A DNA stretch of 64,000 nt. Origin: Mobula hypostoma (lineage: Eukaryota). Both the position numbers and the translations under genes were made by a program. Below the pieces are notes generated by a model, which saw only the letters and a program-made list of their open reading frames with translations, ran no database searches and was not told the DNA's origin. The stretch is taken from contig NC_086097.1 in NCBI RefSeq assembly GCF_963921235.1, forward strand, positions 226,736,001-226,800,000. Direction: 5' to 3'. This document shows positions 60,099 through 64,000 of this stretch, piece after piece; positions within the stretch are counted from its first letter, which is position 1; each line of letters starts with the position of its first letter.

Positions 60099-61062
60099 GT
60101 TGGATGATCAGCCATGATCATAATAAATGGCGGTGCAGGCTCGAAGGGCCGAATGGCCTACTCCTGCACCTATTTTCTATGTTTCTATGTTTCTATAGGA
60201 GAAGACAGGAGGGGGAGGGATGGAGCCAAGAGCTGGACAGGTGATTGGCAAAAGGGATATGAGAGGATCATGGGACAGGAGGCCCAGGGAGAAGGAAAAG
60301 GGGGAGGGGGGGAAAAGACCAGAGGATGGGCAAGGGGTATAGTGAGAGGGACAGAGGGAGAAAAAGGAGAGAGAGAAAAAGAATGTGTGTATATAAATAA
60401 ATAACGGATGGAGTATGAGGGGGAGGTGGGGCATTAGTGGAAGTTTGAGAGGTCAGTGTTCATGCCATCAGTTTGGAGGCTACCCAGACGGAATATAAGA
60501 TGTTGTTCCTCCAACCTGAGCGTGGCTTCATCTTTACAGTAGAGGAGGTGGTGGATAGACATATCAGAATAGGAATGGGACGTGGAATTAAAATGTGTGG
60601 CCACTGGGAGATCTTGTTTTCTCTGGCGGACAGAGCGTAAGTGTTCAGCGAAATGATCTCCTAGTCTGCGTCGGGACTCACCAATATATAGAAGGCCACA
60701 TCAGGAGCATATATTTGACCTTTGAATTTGGTATTATGGGAGCTTATTCATATACAGAGTTGTCCATAAGTCAGACGTTCATAACGCAGGAACAACCTGT
60801 ACTCAGAGTGGAGCTGGTGAGATTGAAAGCTGATAAAGACCTGTTGACCTGCATTTCAGAAATTAGCAGGCACTGGATGGAGAGAATGAATACTCCAGTT
60901 TTCATCTTCCACAACTCTGAAGATTTTGCAATTGTTTCTGTGGGTGGGAGGAGAGCAGCAAATGTAACCTGGAGAATGTAAGCAAAGAACATTAAAATAT
61001 AGAGATTTTCCACCTTGTCGGCCGACCGCCACTGGTAGGGAAATTGAAGCAATCCAGGATGA

Positions 61063-61452
61063 ACCAGAACCAGGTTTAATATCACTGGCATATTTCGTGA
61101 AAATTGCTGTTTTGCGGCTGCACTACAGTGCAATACATAATAAAAAAATATAAATAAAAATAAATTAAATAAGTAGTGCAATAAGAGCAATAAACAAAGA
61201 AGAATTATAGTGAGGTACTGTTCATTGGGTTCATTGTCCATTCAAAATTCTGATGGCAGAGGGGAAGAAGCTGTTACTGAAACATTGGGCATGTGTCTTC
61301 AGGCTCCTGTACCTCCTCCTTGATGGCAGCAATGAGAAGAGGGCATATCCTGGCTGATGGGCATGCCCATGGAGATCATTCTAACTGGTTGCATCACCAC
61401 CTAGTGCGGAGGGACCATTGCACGGGATCAGAAAAAGCTGCAAAAGTTTTAA
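61063..61452 (-). mobile_element. Rex1/Babar-like LINE 3' fragment with an inverted 5' segment
   Basis: 61063-61362 on minus reads ALFSLLPS.RRYRSLK...NSFFPSAIR plus tail; 61368-61450 on plus reads E.ILTGCITT....RDQKKLQ. Confidence 0.75.
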
Positions 61453-61549
61453 ACTCATCTTATTAAAATAAACACCCTGAAAAGCATCAATAGGGCCAAT
61501 TATTTAGCATAGATTGATGAGTGGAGCATCGAGTTAGACTAATCAGTTG

Positions 61550-62608
61550 AAGGTCCTTCAGCTAGTTGCTAGTAGAATAGATGTAGAGAATCCAGTGGTG
61601 GTTTGCATTTGATATTTAGATGGTCTTGCATGACTTTATGGGCAATAAGGTTACAATATAGATTAAGGACAGTATACTGAGATGGATTGTGAATTGGCCA
61701 TCAAACACAAAGAAAAGAATGGGACAAGGCAGCTCTTTCAACTTTACAGGGTGAACATAACGGGGTACCACAGGGATCAGTGTCCTGGTCCCAACTATTA
61801 CTTATTTATATCAACACTTCGGCTTCGCAGATAAAATGTCATGTTTCTAAATGTGTTGATAATTCAAATAAGATCTTGTGAATAGAAATGAGGATGTAAA
61901 GAATGTTGTATTAATATGGACAAGCTGAGTGAATAAGCAAGAATGTGACAGATACAGTGTAATGTGGCAAAAGAAAGTTTTCTACCTTGGAGCACAAAAC
62001 AGAAAAGCAGAGTATTTTCTAAATTGACAGAGACTGGGCGACATTGATCTTCAAAGGGATGGAGGTGTCTCCCATACAGTAGTCTCTGAAAGCAAACTTT
62101 TGGGCATAGAAAATAATTAGGAAGACAAATTGTATGCAGCTTTTATTATGAGAGGATTAGAGCATAGATGTGAAAATGACAGTACAATTATAGAGGGCCT
62201 TGGTAAGATTATTAGTGGAGTATTGTGTACAGCTCTCATCTCCTTACCAATGTTTATATCTGCCATAGATTGAGTAGAGCAACAATTCATTAAACTAGTT
62301 CTGGAGAAATTGAATAGACAAGGTCTATATTTTCTATAGAACATCTGGTGATCTTACAGGGCTTGACCGCTTAGAATCATGGAGGATGTTTACCCCGGCT
62401 AAGGTGATCAGAACTAGGGGTGACAATCCCATAATTCAGTGTAGATCACTGGGAACTGAGATGGAGAGACTTTTTTTTCACTCAAAATGATAAACCTTTG
62501 GAATTCTACACCCTGATTTTCTTTGCAAGTTCAGATGTAACAGATGTCTTTCAAAACAGATGCCCATAGACTTCTGGATATTAAGTGAATCTGGGGAAAT
62601 AGGGATAC
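61550..62608 (+). mobile_element. Old, highly decayed CR1 RT fragment
   Basis: ggggtaccacagggatcagtg (GVPQGSV) and further colinear remnants. Confidence 0.7.
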
Positions 62609-64000
62609 TGTAGTGATGTGCTACACACAGAGCTAGAAATAATGACATGCAGTCTGTAAGTCGCACTCGAGACTCGTTTATTCAAACTTCGCGGCACTGG
62701 CTTTTAAGCAGTTCCCTTCCAGCCCTCTCCGGGCAGAAATGACGTCAGAGGTGCATTACAAAAGTATCTTCCCACGCGTGGGCTATTTTGTGAGCTGGTT
62801 CACTTGTGTAGAAAGTGGGTCGCCACATAACCCCCCCCCCCCAGACCCCCAGAACCAGCGATACACTCCAAATGTCCACAGTCTGGATCGGCCTCTGTTT
62901 GGGCGGTCTGCCTCTGCGCCGTGGTGCCCAAACCTCGACCGGCTGCGCCAAGTCCACATGGGCCGGTTTGAGTTGGTCCACCGTGAAAACCTCCTCTTTC
63001 CTCCAAATGTCCAGAATGTACGTGGACCCGTTGTTACTGATCACCTTGAACAGCCCCTCATACGGCCCCTGTACCGGTGCCCGGTGTGCGCCCCTTCGTA
63101 CAAATACAAACTTACAGTTCTGCAGATCTCTGGGTACACAGGTCGGGATCTGTCCAGGCTGTGAAGTTAGTACGGGGGCCAGGTTGCCGAGCCTTTCGCG
63201 TAGTCTGTCCAGAACTGCTGTGGGTTCTTCCTCTTGCCCCCTTGGAGCTGGTATGAACTCTCCTGGGACGACCAGGGGTGCGCCATTCACCAGCTTGGCC
63301 GACGAGGTGTGCAGATCCTCTTTGGGCGCTGTGCGGGTTCCAAGCAGGACCCAGGGAAGCTCGTCCACCCAGTTAGGCCCTTTCAGGCGGGCCATGAGAG
63401 CCGACTTCAGGTGACGGTGGAAACGCTCCACTAGTCCGTTCGACTGTGGGTGGTAGGCAGTTGTGTGGTGTAATTGCGTTCCCAACAGGCTGGCCATAGC
63501 CGACCACAGGCTGGAGGTGAACTGGGCGCCTCTGTCAGAGGTAATGTGGGCCGGTATCCCAAAGCGTGCTACCCAGGTTGCAATCAGTGCTCGGGCGCAG
63601 GAATCGGCAGTGGTGTCGTTGAGCGGGACTGCCTCTGGCCATCTGGTGAACCGGTCTATCATAGTTAGGAGGTACCGCGCTCCTCGCGACACTGGCAGGG
63701 GCCCCACGATATCCACATGGATGTGGTCGAACCTCCGGCGGGTGGGTTTGAACTGCTGCGGCGGGGCTTTGGTGGGCTGCTGCACCTTTGCCGTTTGGCA
63801 CTGCGTGCATGTTTTGGCCCATTCGCTGACCTGTTTGCAAAGTCCGTGCCACACGAATTTGCTGGAGACCATCCGGACGGTTGTCCTGGTAGATGGGTGC
63901 GCCAAGCCGTGTATGGAGTTGAAAACTCACCGCTGCCAGGCTTCCGGGACGATGGGGCGAGGTTGGCCAGTGGCCACATCACACAGGAGGGTCTTCTCAC
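62609..64000 (-). mobile_element. Gypsy LTR retrotransposon 3' end (CsRn1-like): integrase, PPT and 3' LTR (62609-62827)
   Basis: ORF 62745..63905 has HP..CTQC, HVDIVGP, TSDRG, NGLVERFH, PYEG; TG..CA segment next to a G12 tract; partner LTR is outside the window. Confidence 0.92.

Larger units (their letters stand above)
55860..60194 (+). mobile_element. Full-length CR1 LINE (~4.3 kb), TSD ATAG
   Basis: CpG-rich 5' UTR, ORF1, ORF2, (TTCTATGT)n tail; atag at 55856-55859 and 60195-60198. Confidence 0.96.
55699..60707 (-). mobile_element. Penelope-like 3' fragment (55699-55859 and 60199-60707) split by the full-length CR1
   Basis: Both parts are reverse complements of 44980-45715 and rejoin at gaaatg-atag-gagaagac; imperfect 12-bp TSD cacatattggac/catatatttgac; degenerate hammerhead at ~55762-55797. 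Confidence 0.88.

Noticed and set aside
62745..62840. Integrase ORF running through the PPT into the LTR
   Set aside because: Probably due to indels or a short duplication near the poly-G tract; such overlap also occurs in ordinary LTR elements.

Overview
Vertebrate genomic DNA, probably from a cartilaginous fish (inferred from the CR1, V-SINE and Penelope repeat content). The only host gene is the 3' part of ZFHX4 on the + strand: three coding exons (5370-5490, 6827-12331, 23638-25106) encoding four homeodomains, several C2H2 fingers and an unusually long (Gln-Ala)n tract, followed by a ~2.6-kb 3' UTR. The rest is heavily nested transposable elements: many CR1 LINEs (one full-length with intact ORF2), a complete Gypsy LTR element, the 3' end of a second Gypsy, a Tc1 transposon, Penelope-like (GIY-YIG) elements, SINEs and Rex1 remnants. 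The most interesting signals are RNA-level mechanisms inside these elements. (1) The complete Gypsy has no tRNA primer-binding site; a 15-nt sequence in that position is perfectly complementary to its own LTR (candidate self-priming), and its RT motif reads YLDN. (2) Two divergent CR1 copies both end ORF1 on a -1 slippery heptamer (U_UUA_AAY + stop), and in the intact copy ORF2 lies in the -1 frame with no usable AUG. (3) Penelope termini carry minimal hammerhead ribozymes, and ~210-bp fold-back elements centred on that ribozyme are flanked by 13-bp target-site duplications. All coordinates and alignments were read by eye; no database searches were run.
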